Positions 13,201 through 25,269 of a stretch of DNA of 64,000 nt are shown one piece after another. Source of the stretch: Tubulanus polymorphus (lineage: Eukaryota; Animalia; Nemertea); NCBI RefSeq assembly GCF_964204645.1, contig NC_134034.1:2604072-2668071 (forward strand), given 5' to 3'. The notes under the pieces are model-generated. The model saw only the letters and a program-made list of their open reading frames with translations, was not told where the DNA came from and searched no databases. Both the position numbers and the translations under genes were made by a program. Position 1 is the first letter of the stretch. Each line of letters starts with the position of its first letter.

Positions 13201-16200
13201 AGGACATAGTGCTTTACTGCCTAGCAGGGGTTGGTTTTGCTGTCTAAAAGAGGGGCTGGGTTAATTGCTGTCTAAAAGAGGGGCTGGTTTAATTTTCTGT
13301 CTAAAAGAGGGGCTGGTTTTGCTGTCTGAATAGTAGACAGTGATGCTCTAGGACATGGCGCTTTACTGCTTAGCAGGGGATAGTTTTGCTGTCTAAAAGA
13401 CAGGTGGTTTTGCTGTCTAGTAGAGGCTGTCTTGAAATGGCACAGTACAGTGTTGTCTATCTGGGAGATGGTCTCACTTTCTGGAGACTGTGACGATTCA
13501 GCTGTCTAAGGGGATCATGTTTTACTGTCAAGGAGGGGCAGAATCCTGGCCGTGTTTTGTGAAACTGCTATTATTTTCATGGAATGTTTCGTATTAATTT
13601 AGTTTCGATGTTGTTTTGTTTTTTTATTTTCTATCTCTGTGTCTCTGTCTCACGGTGTGTTGTGTTTGTGGATGATGTGCGCGGTACGTACAGGTGGTTG
13701 GTGTCACGTGGTTTGCGCTCTATTTATACCGGAGGCGTGGTTCGGTAACGTGCAGACGATGGAGCCGGTCATCTTACACCAAATACCACCCGACCGTTTC
13801 AACAAGGTTGGTACCCTCCCCCCTCACTGAACCACCCCAAATTTAATATTTTGCGACAAAGATTAATTCTTTTCCGATATTTCTTTACCCTATTGTCAAA
13901 TTAAACCCTGAACTGTCGAACCGGGTCCCCTGCACTCCTTTCGTACTTGTTTTTGCACATTTATATCTATCCTATGTTAGTACGTACGCCCAGATACTAG
14001 GCTCAGGATTCGGCATCCAACTGTACCCTTAGAATTCTAAAGTTTTAGTTTTTCTTGATGTTCTGAATGTTTTGGATTAGGTTTCTTTTTCAAATCGTTT
14101 AAGTTAGTTCTTTTTCTTGTAAACAAAAAAAATTGGCTAAATTTGGAATTAATTGTAAATATTTAGAACAAAAAAGGTTGTTTGAAAATTAAATGCCAAA
14201 TTGAAATCGATTTTCACGATAAAATCAGCTTAATCCGGATTATTCGGATAAAAATTCCAGGATTCGATACAAATCAATTGTTACCGGATTAAACCGATTC
14301 CTATTTTAAGCGGGTTTTACCACGCCGCGTTTAAATTCTTTAACGAAAACGTTCGTTCGAATTTGATTTCCAGGCGTGCTATATCTGCGAGGAACAGGGT
14401 CGAGAGGGTAAGGCTTGCAGCGGCGCGTGTATGCAGTGCAATCGAAACGGATGCAAACAACATTTCCACGTTACATGGTAAGCGTTCGACCCGCCAGGGA
14501 TGGGGGGTCAGATTGGTGAGAGGAGAATTTTGAAAAATAGATCCGTCTGCTCGAGGGGGGAATTATTGTGAAAAAAGTGAATAATCGGAAAAGTGTGTGA
14601 AAATTTCATGAAAAGTGTCCGTCAAATAATTTTGATCCCTATTTTATACCATACACCGTGGAGCTCGGAATTTATGAACAAACTGCGTTTAAAGTTCGAG
14701 CAATTAGATTTGAATCTGTCCAGATCGTGATAGATAGTTATGGAATAGTATGCGAACAAAAATTATGTTAGTTCTAAAATGTTTTGTTTCAGTGCTCAAG
14801 CGAAAGGTTTATTGTGCGAGGAAGCAGGCAGTTATAACGATAACGTCAAGTACTGCGGATACTGTGCTTATCATTATAAAAAACTGGTAAGTACCGATGC
14901 TTACCACAATCCAACCTTCATAAATTCTCTGGATGTCCTGCAGTTGTTGTCCTACTGCGCGTTAGCGACACCTGGTGGATCTTGACATGCCACAAATGGA
15001 ATCTATAACCGCAGTGGTTGACGTCTTACTGCACTTTAGCGACACCTAGTGGATCCTCTCTTGCCACAGGTGGAATCTTCGAGTCATAGTAGCTGATATC
15101 CTGCTGTATTCTAGTGACACCTGGTGGATCCTCACTTGCCACAGGTGGAATCCTCTATTGCCGCAGTAGTTGATGTCCTACTGCACACTAGCGACACCTG
15201 GTGAATCCTCACTTGACTCAAGTGGAATCCTCTATTGCCGCAGTTATTGATGTCCTACTGCACACTAGCGACACCTGGTGAATCCTCACTCGACACAAGT
15301 GGAATCCTCTATTGCTGCAGTAGTTGATGTCCTACTGCACACTAGCGAAACCTGGTGGATCTTTACTTACCACAAATGGAATCTATAACCGCAGTGGTTG
15401 ACGTCTTACTGCACTTTAGCGACACCTAGTGGATCCTCTCTTGCCACAGGTGGAATCTTCGAGTCATAGTAGCTGATATCCTGCTGTATTCTAGTGACGC
15501 CTGGTGGATCCTCACTTGCCACAGGTGGAATCCTCTATTGCCGCAGTAGTTGATGTCCTACTGCACACTAGCGACACCTGGTGAATCCTCACTTGACTCA
15601 AGTGGAATCCTCTATTGCCGCAGTTATTGATGTCCTACTGCACACTAGCGACACCTGGTGAATCCTCACTCGACACAAGTGTAATCCTCTATTGCTGCAG
15701 TAGTTGATGTCTTACTAGAGACACTTGGTGGATCCTCACTAACCGTAAATGGTATCCTTTATTGCCGCAGTAGCTTTGAACAGTAAAGAAACAGAACACC
15801 CACACTGTAGTGGTGCTCAAGAGAATAAAAATGAAACAATTGATCTTTCATAATAAACATATTGAACAGATGTTTTGATCTGCGTCGTGTATTGAATGCT
15901 CAGTACACGTATCGGTATGTATATATAGTGTGGCTGAAATTTTGCTCATTTCATCAATTTCAGAAAAAAGACAGCCACATCAAAACGATCCCGGCGTTCA
16001 AACCGGTTCCGTCGTCTGCCGGCACGACGCCCGACGGAACGCCCGAGAAAAACAACGGACAAGTGAAACTGTCGTCGAATCCGCGAGTTCACGTGAGTAG
16101 TTCAAATAGAAGCAGCAGACGCTCGGGTCCACAGAATTTGGAATTTTATCCTTCATAACTGCTTAAACCCGGTAATGGCCGATCTGTAGGGATCCCCCGT

Positions 16201-19200
16201 CAAGGTCCCTAAGACTCCTTGATTGCTTGAAAAGTCCTTCTAAACCTAAAATATTTTTCAAGGTACTTTACAAAGAACAATATCCTTGAATTTGAGCAAA
16301 ATGCCCATAGGCCCTTGAAAACTTGAGGTTTTGTGAAATATTCAATTTTTAGGCCTTAGTTATATACTACACAGATTCTACCGAATTTAATGGTTTACTG
16401 AGATAAACTGTACCGATTCAGGAGGAGTCTGCTGTGATCATTGGGGTATGAAAGTGATGCAGACACTCATCGAAATTTTAAAATATCTCCTGGAAAACTC
16501 CTCTTGAATTCTGGAATGACTGATTTGTAGGGACCCTGCCTGTAAATGGAAAAGGGAGGAGGGACCTTCGACGATTCGTTTATCGGGAAGTTGCGATTTT
16601 CATTTTCTTTCCGTTTCCTCTCTGGCAGATACGCGACATCAGAAACTCGAAACAGTTCAACGAGGCCGGACTGAACCTGACTGTAACGATACCGCCGGTA
16701 TCCGTGACAACAGCGGCGGTGACCTCGTCGTCATCGTCTGCTACCCACCAGCAGACGGCGTCGCCGTCCGGCGGTAACTACGCTTCGAAATTCACGACGG
16801 CGAATTTCGTCGAAACGACCATCGTTAAAACGGCGGCCGCGGACTCTTCGTTGGCGACGGCGGCGGACTCTTCGTCGGCGCCGGTGCGCAAAACGAACCG
16901 TAATAATGCGGACGCCGCGGACTCGTCGCCGGCGCCGACGCGTAAACCCACAAATCGCACTAGCGGCGCCACCTCGGGTAAAACGTTGAATCGATCGGAC
17001 AGCGCGAGTTCGGCGTCGACGTCCGCGTCGACCGAGGTCGCGGCCGAATCATCGTCGACGTCGTCGAATCTGAAAACGACGCCCTCTAGTAGTTTAGTTT
17101 CGTTGAGCGGAAACGACGTTAAAATCGAACCGACGACGACGACCGAGTCAGTCGCGTCGTCGTCGTCGAATAAAGAGGGCAGCACCGTCGCGGCCAGTAC
17201 GTCTTCCGTTGTAGCTCGCACGTCTGCTCTCGTCTTCGCCGGCAGTAATAATCGACTGGTGGTGACACCTGCTGGTATGGATACGAATCAATCTAAATCG
17301 TCGGGATTAACGATCGATGTAACCACGGTAACGACGGAGCCGTCTGCTGCTGCTGCTGCTGCTTCGAACAAACGACAACGCGGGAAGTAAGTAGTAAAAG
17401 CAGCCACCAGGGGGCGTATTTCATGACGATTATTGTTTATTTGCGCTTGTCCTTGACTCCTCCATTGCAATGCCTGAGGAGGATTCCTTTGACACATCCA
17501 TTGCTAGAAGACTCCTCCAGGACTCCATAACTCCTCCAGGACTCCTCCATTGCTTGAGGACTCCCTGACACCTTCAGTGATAGAAAACACATGGATATTC
17601 CTCCATTGCTAGAGCATGCTTAGAGTCCTCCATTGCTAGGAATCTTCCCTTGCTAGAGGACTCCTTAGTTTCTGGCGGACTCCTTCATTGCAAAAGGATT
17701 ATTGCTAAAGGACTCTCCTGGAGTCATTGACTCCTCCATCGCTTGAGCACTCATTGACTCCTTCCTCCATTGCCAGGGGAAGAATCTCGACTCATCCATG
17801 GCTAGAGGAGTTGTTGATTGCCAGATGAGGAATCCTCAATTGCCATAGAAGGAATCTTTGAATCCTCAATTCACAAAAAAGGAATCATCGACAGCTGTCG
17901 CAAAGCGTACCCTGTTCCTGATAACTATTACTCTTTGTAGGTCGTCCGATAAAGGAAATCGCAAACGATCGAAAAAATCTGAGATATCGGTCGCCGCAGC
18001 GACAGGGGCTTCATCGGCGGCATTGTTGACGAACGGTATCGTAACTCCCGCGGCGACCGCGGCGGCGTCGTCAGTGGTGCCCCCTACGAGTAACGGTCGC
18101 GCGAAAACGGTGAAGGATATACTGGCGAGCGGGGTCGGCACCGGCGTAGGTGGCGCCGGCGCGGGCTCGCCGCAAATCAGTCCGAATCATAACAACAAAC
18201 AACACGACGTTGCTAAAACTAATAATGTAGTTGTTAAACACGAAGGGTAAGTGTGTGAGAGGACAGGGCGGGCGAGGAGGGGGTAGGCAGTGTTTTCAAT
18301 AAGAGCCAGGTCCCAGACCCGTCTGTCATTTCTTAAGGACCCGCCTGTTTTTTCAAACCAGCTTTCGTTTCAGGTACTGTGACATATTATGGGACCCTCC
18401 TGTTTTTCAAATGGACCTGGCTTGTTAATTTCTTATTGAAAACACTTGAGGGGTGGAGATTATAACCCACGAGGGAAGTAGCTAAATTCGATAGCTCGTA
18501 CAGTGGAACCTTGTTACAACACACTGCAAGGCCCAGTTTCACAAAAACGATTAAGGCCTAAATCGATTTAAGATAAACTGAATTAACGAAGAAATTAAAC
18601 CGATTTAAGAGTTAAACCTTTTTGTGAAACTGGACCCAGGGGACTAGAAGATTGTAAGCTAGTATGGAAGTATTGTAGTTGTCCTAATATCGGGGTTCGC
18701 ACCAGTCTTTGGAGGTCCTTAAAATGTTGAAATGGGAATTGCTGGGTCCATTGGACTTTTCAAAGAAAATCAAGGTTACTAATTACTAAAAAACCAACAG
18801 TTAGTCTCGACATCTATTTACGGAAGTGCTATTATCTATGCTGGGAATTCAAGATAGCTCGTGCGGCTTGTTGCGTTGGATTGTCCTCTATTTATTTTTT
18901 TTGGTTAGATGTTATGAATTTCCTTTCAGCGCGTCGAGTTCCTTGAGCCCTAATTCTCAGATCTCTCAACAGAGTACGCCGCTGTCGTCTTTACCCGGAC
19001 ACGCTAGGGGTAAGTCTAGCACCGCCAATAAGTCGACTCCCCGTCTTAGGCTTGACTCGACTATAATTCAATCATTGAAGATATTCGCGTTCGTTTTTCT
19101 AGGAAGTGGAGAAACGGCTTTAACGTTTAGTTCCGATGGACATTTAACTGGTGGTGAGTATTCTATTTGCATTCGCTATTTATCATCAAAATCAATATTA

Positions 19201-22200
19201 AACTTACCCATAATGATAATGATGATAGTTTATTCAGCCTAAAATCCGTATACCGGTATACAATATGCTCATTGGCTTTACATCATATATAAAAAAGACA
19301 AAACCGATGAAAAGGTGATATTTGTTATGGGGTTTGACATTCTTACCTAATGGGTGGACTACTTGTGTTACAAGATTCTTCAGTCCGGAGGGCAAGATAA
19401 TGCAATTATTTTAGTACTGGATTTAACGCACTATCGGTCATAACGAATAGAATTTCTGGATTCTAGGACAACTGCCCCCTGGACAATTTCCCTAGAATCC
19501 TGAAATTCTATTCGTTATGACCGATAGTGCGTTATATCCAGTTTGAAAATAATCGCATTTTCTTGGTCACAATTTTGTATTTCGTTATGTCCGGGATACT
19601 TTTAACGAGGTTACATTGTATTATTGTTTTTAAAGACGGCAACTTTTGTTTCGATTTCCAGCTGATTTACAGAACGGACCGTTGAAAGGGCCTCAATTAC
19701 CGACGCGCACCGCGTATAAACCGCCGGCTAGAACACCGGACAGGTATGTACGCGCGCAAACGTCGCTTAAGTCTATTCGTTTTTGTCTGGAATCTATTTT
19801 TCGGGGGGTTATATCTCTTAATTTTGTGAATGCGAACCTTAATTTGGTCTACGACCAGTGAAACTATGAGAGAAATCCGACCAAGATGTAAAGTTGTTGC
19901 ATAGAAATGTTTAAATTCCATCCTAGTGTGTTGAATAACGGGAATGCTACTGTAGTGCGTCTACACTGCGGTGCGGTGTATCATTAGTTACTAGTATTTC
20001 ACTATGATTCACAGTTGCTGCCATTTTTCAAGAGAGATAATTATTAATTACCAATTACATCAATACACCGCATTGCAGTGTACTAGCAAAATCCATCACT
20101 GATTTATACACCGCACTGCGGTGTAGATGCACTGAAAGGGTTAAAGAATCACGAATGGAGGGAACAATTTTTTTCAGTCTTCCACAAACGATGGAGCAGT
20201 TGTTAGAGAGACAATGGGAACAAGGCTCGCAGTTTCTCATGGATCACGCTCAAGGTCAACACTTCGACAGTAAGCTTCCGTCGTCTGCATCAATCTGCGT
20301 TTTATGCAAATTAATGCAAATCTTTATGCGTATCTAATGAATAAAAATGGCTGTCGTCCATAAATGCCCCCTACGACATCAAATTGCTCCTGGTCTTTTG
20401 ATCTAGAAAATAATGGCTGCCTCTATAATTCCCCTTATGACATCACCAAACAACGTATGTGCTAGTGATTTGATCCAGAGACCGTTCTCTAGAAACGATG
20501 TCTTCCTCCATAAATCCCCCTATGACAGCACCAATTACTTACTTAAGAGAATCTTCCGAAAGAATGGCTGCCTTCATGAATCCCCCTATGACATCACCAG
20601 TTACCTACTAGTGATATAATCTGAAGAGAATTTTCCAGAAATGATGTCTGCCTCCATAATTCCCATCAGACATCATATACTGCTTAGCCTCAATCATTTA
20701 CTAAATAAAATTTTGAATTAGAATTTTTCATCAAATTGCCAAACATTTGAGTTGATCTACAGCCTCTGTAAAAGATGTCTTCCTCCAATGACATCATCAA
20801 ATTGTCTACTAGTGATTCGATCTAGACCCCTCTAAAAGAAATGGCTGCCCCTGTGTTGTCATTAGAATTACTGAACAAACCTTGAGAAAATATGGCTGCC
20901 TCGTGAGTGTCACGTCTTTCTCGTAAATTTCAGTCGCGTCGCTGTTGAACTGTTTACATCAACTACAAGCGGAGAATCATCGTCTGGAGGAGCACATCAC
21001 GTCTCTGGTGGCTCGTCGAGATCACCTGCTGGCGATCAACGCTCGTTTAACGCTACCTCTCGGCGGTCCGTCTGCTGTCAGCACCGCCGCCGCAACTCAT
21101 CAGCAGACGGATAATCGATCGCTTCGTCTGAACAATTTCATACAACCCGAAACGACGACGACGCCGACGGCCGGGTCTTCATCGTCGTCGACTTTACATT
21201 CCGTGAGTTATCGCGCTCGTTACAGCTTTTGACTCCTTGATTCCTAAACAGAAAATGCTTTTACCGGTGCTTGAAACTCCTTTAATTTGAGCCAAATACC
21301 CGAAACTCCTTTTAAACACTTTCAATTTTGAGAAATAGGCAATTAGAAATGGTTGTAGTACTACAGTTAACTACGCCATACAGTTGGAACCGGGATTTTT
21401 CTTTTACCCAATTAGGCGGTTACTGAAATTGAAACTAGTCAAGTTAGTGTATTGGATAAAATGTTTGGTTATGATGTAATAATCTGTAATAATGTTATAT
21501 TATCCCCTAGGTTTTATCACTTCTGATTACTTGATTAGTCTCTGTTCTGGATGACCGGTATATTTCTGTTGCGTTCAAGAAATTTTTCGATTTATTTTTT
21601 TCGTAGAATGAATCGAGCACACTCGCATCTAGTCAAAATTCACCGATGTTAACTCACTCCACATCAGTAAACAGTAGTAATACACAGCCTCAAATACGTC
21701 CCAGTCCCGTCGGTAAGTTAGTGTCCTACTGCACGCTAGCGACACCTAGTGGATCCTCACTTGCCACAAGAGGAATCCTCTATTGCCGCGGTAGTTGATG
21801 TCCTATTGCACGCTAGCGACACCTGGTGAATCCTCACTTGCCACGAGTGGAATCCTCTATTGCTGCGCAGTTGATGTCCTACTGCACGCTAGCGACACCT
21901 GGTGGATCCTTACCTGCCACGAGTGGTATCCTCTATTGCCGCGGTAGTTGATGTCCTACTGCACACTAGTGACATCTGGTGGATCTTCGCTTGCCACAGT
22001 AGCTAATGGAATGAATCCGAGTATTGAGTATTATTGATATTTTCAGTGACTCCTGTTTTTTCAACACCATCAACTGTTACGTCTCGCACGACCACGAACC
22101 ATCTCCATCGACAGCAGCTTACCCTCACCCCTCAGGTATGTCTTACCCTCACGAATATCTCACCCTCCCATACGTCTTACCTTCATATACATCTTACCCT

Positions 22201-22633
22201 CACCCATCAGGTATGTCTTACCCTCACCCCTCAGGTATGACCTACCCTCACCCCTCAGGTATGTCTTACCCATGTACATCTTACCCTCACGTACGTCTCA
22301 CTCTTCACATACATATTACCCTCACCCCTTAAGTTTGTCTTACCCCCTCCCCTCACGTACATATAACCCTTCATGCTTACCCATCTGTATAACTTTTGAA
22401 ATTATTCGAATTTCTGTTTTCTCTCATCGTTGTAGGAACAACATCAGATGATGTTACATATGTTATCACAACAACAACAGCAGCAGCAACAACAGACCGC
22501 AACAATAGTGCAAGCATTTCCGACAGTGACGCCACCGCCCAGTCGAACAGTAGCGGCGCCCCCTACCGGCGGCAGCATTGCGCGATCGTCGCCCAGTAAA
22601 TCATCGCTAGAAAAATCGCACGATAAAACTTGA
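10221..22633 (+). CDS. MLLT10: AF10/AF17 (MLLT10/MLLT6, alhambra-like) PZP-domain DOT1L cofactor, about 903 aa
   Basis: Exons 10221-10329, 11069-11148, 11806-11860, [12798-12907 or 13694-13806], 14374-14477, 14793-14886, 15964-16092, 16629-17386, 17941-18246, 18930-19009, 19103-19153, 19662-19743, 20178-20269, 20934-21202, 21607-21712, 22047-22135, 22436-22633; sums to an intact frame. Starts MKEMVGGCCVCSDERGW (PHD-Zn knuckle-PHD), has the octapeptide EQLLERQW followed by a leucine zipper (LQAENHRLEEHITSL), and a C-terminal polyQ. Confidence 0.95.
10663..10876. mobile_element. 214-bp MITE, Mutator-like (9-bp TSD)
   Basis: Perfect 26-bp TIR GGTAAAAGTGCAGATCCGCACCTCTC, flanked by the direct repeat CAAACTGTC (10654-10662 and 10877-10885). 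Confidence 0.8.
11356..11634. mobile_element. piggyBac-like MITE copy in AF10 intron 2
   Basis: TTAA-flanked CCCTTTCAGTGC...AGGG; the right TTAA is shared with the start of a second, truncated copy. Confidence 0.7.
12306..12446. mobile_element. ~140-bp CTTAAG-rich MITE-like dispersed repeat
   Basis: GGGGCCAGTTGCACAG...GGAACCGGTCCC ends; related copies at about 3795-3934, 7536-7965 (three) and 25971-26390 (three). Confidence 0.6.
12798..12907 (+). CDS. MLLT10: AF10 exon 4a (mutually exclusive)
   Basis: AG/GT-bounded 110-nt exon encoding WAHVICALYIPEVRFGNVATMEPIIVHSIPHDRFYK. Confidence 0.85.
13694..13806 (+). CDS. MLLT10: AF10 exon 4b (mutually exclusive paralogue of 4a)
   Basis: AG/GT-bounded 113-nt exon with the same phases as 4a, encoding GWCHVVCALFIPEAWFGNVQTMEPVILHQIPPDRFNK. 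Confidence 0.8.
14935..15772 (+). repeat. 77-bp intronic tandem repeat family (largest array)
   Basis: Unit GTGGATCCTCACTTGCCACAAGTGGAATCCTCTATTGCCGCAGTAGTTGATGTCCTACTGCACACTAGCGACACCTG. Other arrays at 5735-6203(-), 21722-22000, 37760-38165, 41183-41582, 42634-42760 and 52260-52655(-). Confidence 0.9.
19416..19542. repeat. Foldback inverted repeat (~50-bp arms) in AF10 intron
   Basis: ACTGGATTTAACGCACTATCGGTCATAACGAATAGAATTTC... is mirrored by ...GAAATTCTATTCGTTATGACCGATAGTGCGTTATATCCAGT. Confidence 0.75.
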
Positions 22634-25269
22634 TGCGCAAATCGGGTGGCTCCGTAAAAATATCCTAAAAACGCGTATCGGGTCGGTCAATCGAAATCAT
22701 TACATCTGGAGACTTGTGGGCGGCTCCAAAAATATCATAATGGTATTATGAGCCCTTTCTCTAGTGGTTGGCTCCAAATATGTTCTAATAAGGGTATCAT
22801 GAGGTCTTTCTCCACTGGGTGGCTCCAGAAATATTCTGATGGTGGTATCATGAGCTCTTCAACCAGTGGGTGGCTCCAAAAATGTTTTGATTATGGTATT
22901 ATTACGGTATTACAAGCTCTTTCTCTCGTGGGTGGCTCCAGAAATCTTGAATCGCTGTATTATGAGCTCTAGTGGGTGACTCCAAAAATATTCAACTTGT
23001 GGTATTGTAGACTCCTCCAGTCGGTTGCACCAGAGCACCTTCTCTAGTGGGTGGCTCCAAAAAATGTTCCAATTATGCATTTATGAGCCAGTTCTCTATT
23101 GGGTGGCTCCTAAAATGCCTAAATTACAACAATCAGTCTCAAACATCCACTGTCACGGTTGTCTCTAAGAATATCGTAATTGTCAACATTTGGAGCCATT
23201 CCTTTTTCCAAAGAGATCCACTGATAAGATACAGATGGGAACACAAGGAGCACGTGCTTCGATCGCAATTTTTTCCTGCGCCCTTTTGAAAAAACTATGG
23301 CAATATTTTCTGATATTAAGTAAAATGATGAAATCGTCTGAAAATGCGCCGAGATTTTCAAAATCTTGCAGACCGTTGTTTTGGCTGTTGTTTGGATACT
23401 TAACTTTTCCTTTTTCGATACACTGTACACGTGTATCGGTGTGTGCTTTTTTCTTTGTGCTCCTGTCGAAGTCCGCCCCTGTTTTACCGCGAGCCTTCTA
23501 CTAGCGGTCGGCTTGAGGCGGACTGGGTTTTTAAGCGCGGCGAAAAATTAACCCCGCGCGGAGGCGACTTCATTTCTGGTTTAAAAATATGCATTTCGAT
23601 AAACGCTCGCGATGACAGGTCATCACGATTTTATCCACAAAAAAGTTTTTTCCAAAAAAAAAAAAGCTGCTAAAAATGTATTTTTCGCGTTGTACGTGCC
23701 GATGATATTTTAGATAGCGGAAAAAATAAACGAAACGAAATTATGCGAAATTCGTCTGTAAATTAATTCATATTTTTATTATTATCTCAATGAAATATAT
23801 ATCTATATATATTGTTAGATTTTGTAGTTTTTCGGTAAAGTTAAGTTTCTGCTCGATAAAAATGTTGTGATTTTGTGATGATGGGTAGTAGCCCTAGGCT
23901 TCTGTTAAGGGTAGGGGTAATATTGATACCCGGTCTATTAAACCAGGCCCCCGAGTTGAGGATTTACCCCTAAGGTTAACATTGATGCCCAGTCTATTAA
24001 ACTGAGCCCAGGTTTAGGAATTGCCCCTAGTTATAAATTTGATACCAGGTCCAGATTGAGCATTTAATCCTAAAGATTTACCCATAGGGATAACTCTGAT
24101 ACTTAGTCTTTAAATGCAGGCTCAGGTCAAGGTTCTACCCCCCGGGAAAACTTTGATACCCAGTCCTTAAAACCGGGCCCAGGTTGAGGATTTATCCCTA
24201 GGGATAACTTTGATACTCAGTCTATTAAACCAGGCCCAGGTTAAGGATTTATTCTTAGAAAGAAATAAAATAAAGCTGGATCTTGAGTTTGATGTTTTGT
24301 ATTTGATGTAAATATCGAGAAATCTTTTATACATGTCAGAAATATAAATTAATTAATTGTTTTTCGTATTATTATCATAATCAGAATACGTGTAATTGAT
24401 TAATTATTAATTAATGAAGCTGATGTTTTATATATTAACTGTACAGAAAATGATAAATAAAATTTAAATGTTTCTACCTTCTACGAGAATCAGTTTTACG
24501 AGAGTTTTACATTCGAGATACAAGGAATCAGGATCCTAAAACAAGTATCAACCTGCAGCCTGGAACCTGCACTTATTGAAAGTGCGCCGATAAAGAGTCT
24601 AATGTCTGGTGTTCGTACGAAGTACATTTTCGATTAAAAATGTCTCTGATGAAGAAGAACTGAACACATGCGAAATGTGGACGATTGAAAATTGGAAGAA
24701 TGGTATCAAAGTGTCTGATGTTAGGGTACAACAGGCTGCAGATTCATTGAGAATGGAGTTACAGATTTAACAGCCTGGTCGAGTGTGAGAAAAGCTTAGG
24801 TTATCATAGCTGGGACAATCATTTGACAACTCGTCCCGTGACAACTTAAAACCAAGTTTGACTAATAACTTAGCCAAACCCCCCCGCCCCCCTAATTTTT
24901 CAATTATAATAGTTCAGGCACGGATCCACAGGGGGTTGTTTTTTTGAAAGAATGTACTCAAGACAAAGCGAGCTGACATTCCCACATAATCGGTACCATA
25001 TCATCTTATGTTTGGCCAAACAATATGCCGTATAGGCCACCTATTAAAAGAGATTTTAGTCAGCAGTTTAACATTTTTATGGACCCCGCCTGGAAAAAAT
25101 CCTGGATCCGCGCCTGTAGTTTAGTTACAACAATCATCATAAAATATATGGAAGGAACAGAGATGAAATGGGAACAATCCTAGTATAACTAGGATATACA
25201 TGAAGTCGAAACACCAATACTGTTTTTTCTTTCAGAGAATGAGATTTAATACATTATTGAAACCTAGAA

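Noticed and set aside
14935-15772. Regular repeats superficially like a CRISPR array
   Set aside because: Contiguous 77-bp units without unique spacers, inside spliceosomal introns, with no cas genes.
16778-18141. Minus-strand ORFs over AF10 exons
   Set aside because: Antisense shadows of GC-rich, Ser/Thr/Ala-rich AF10 exons.
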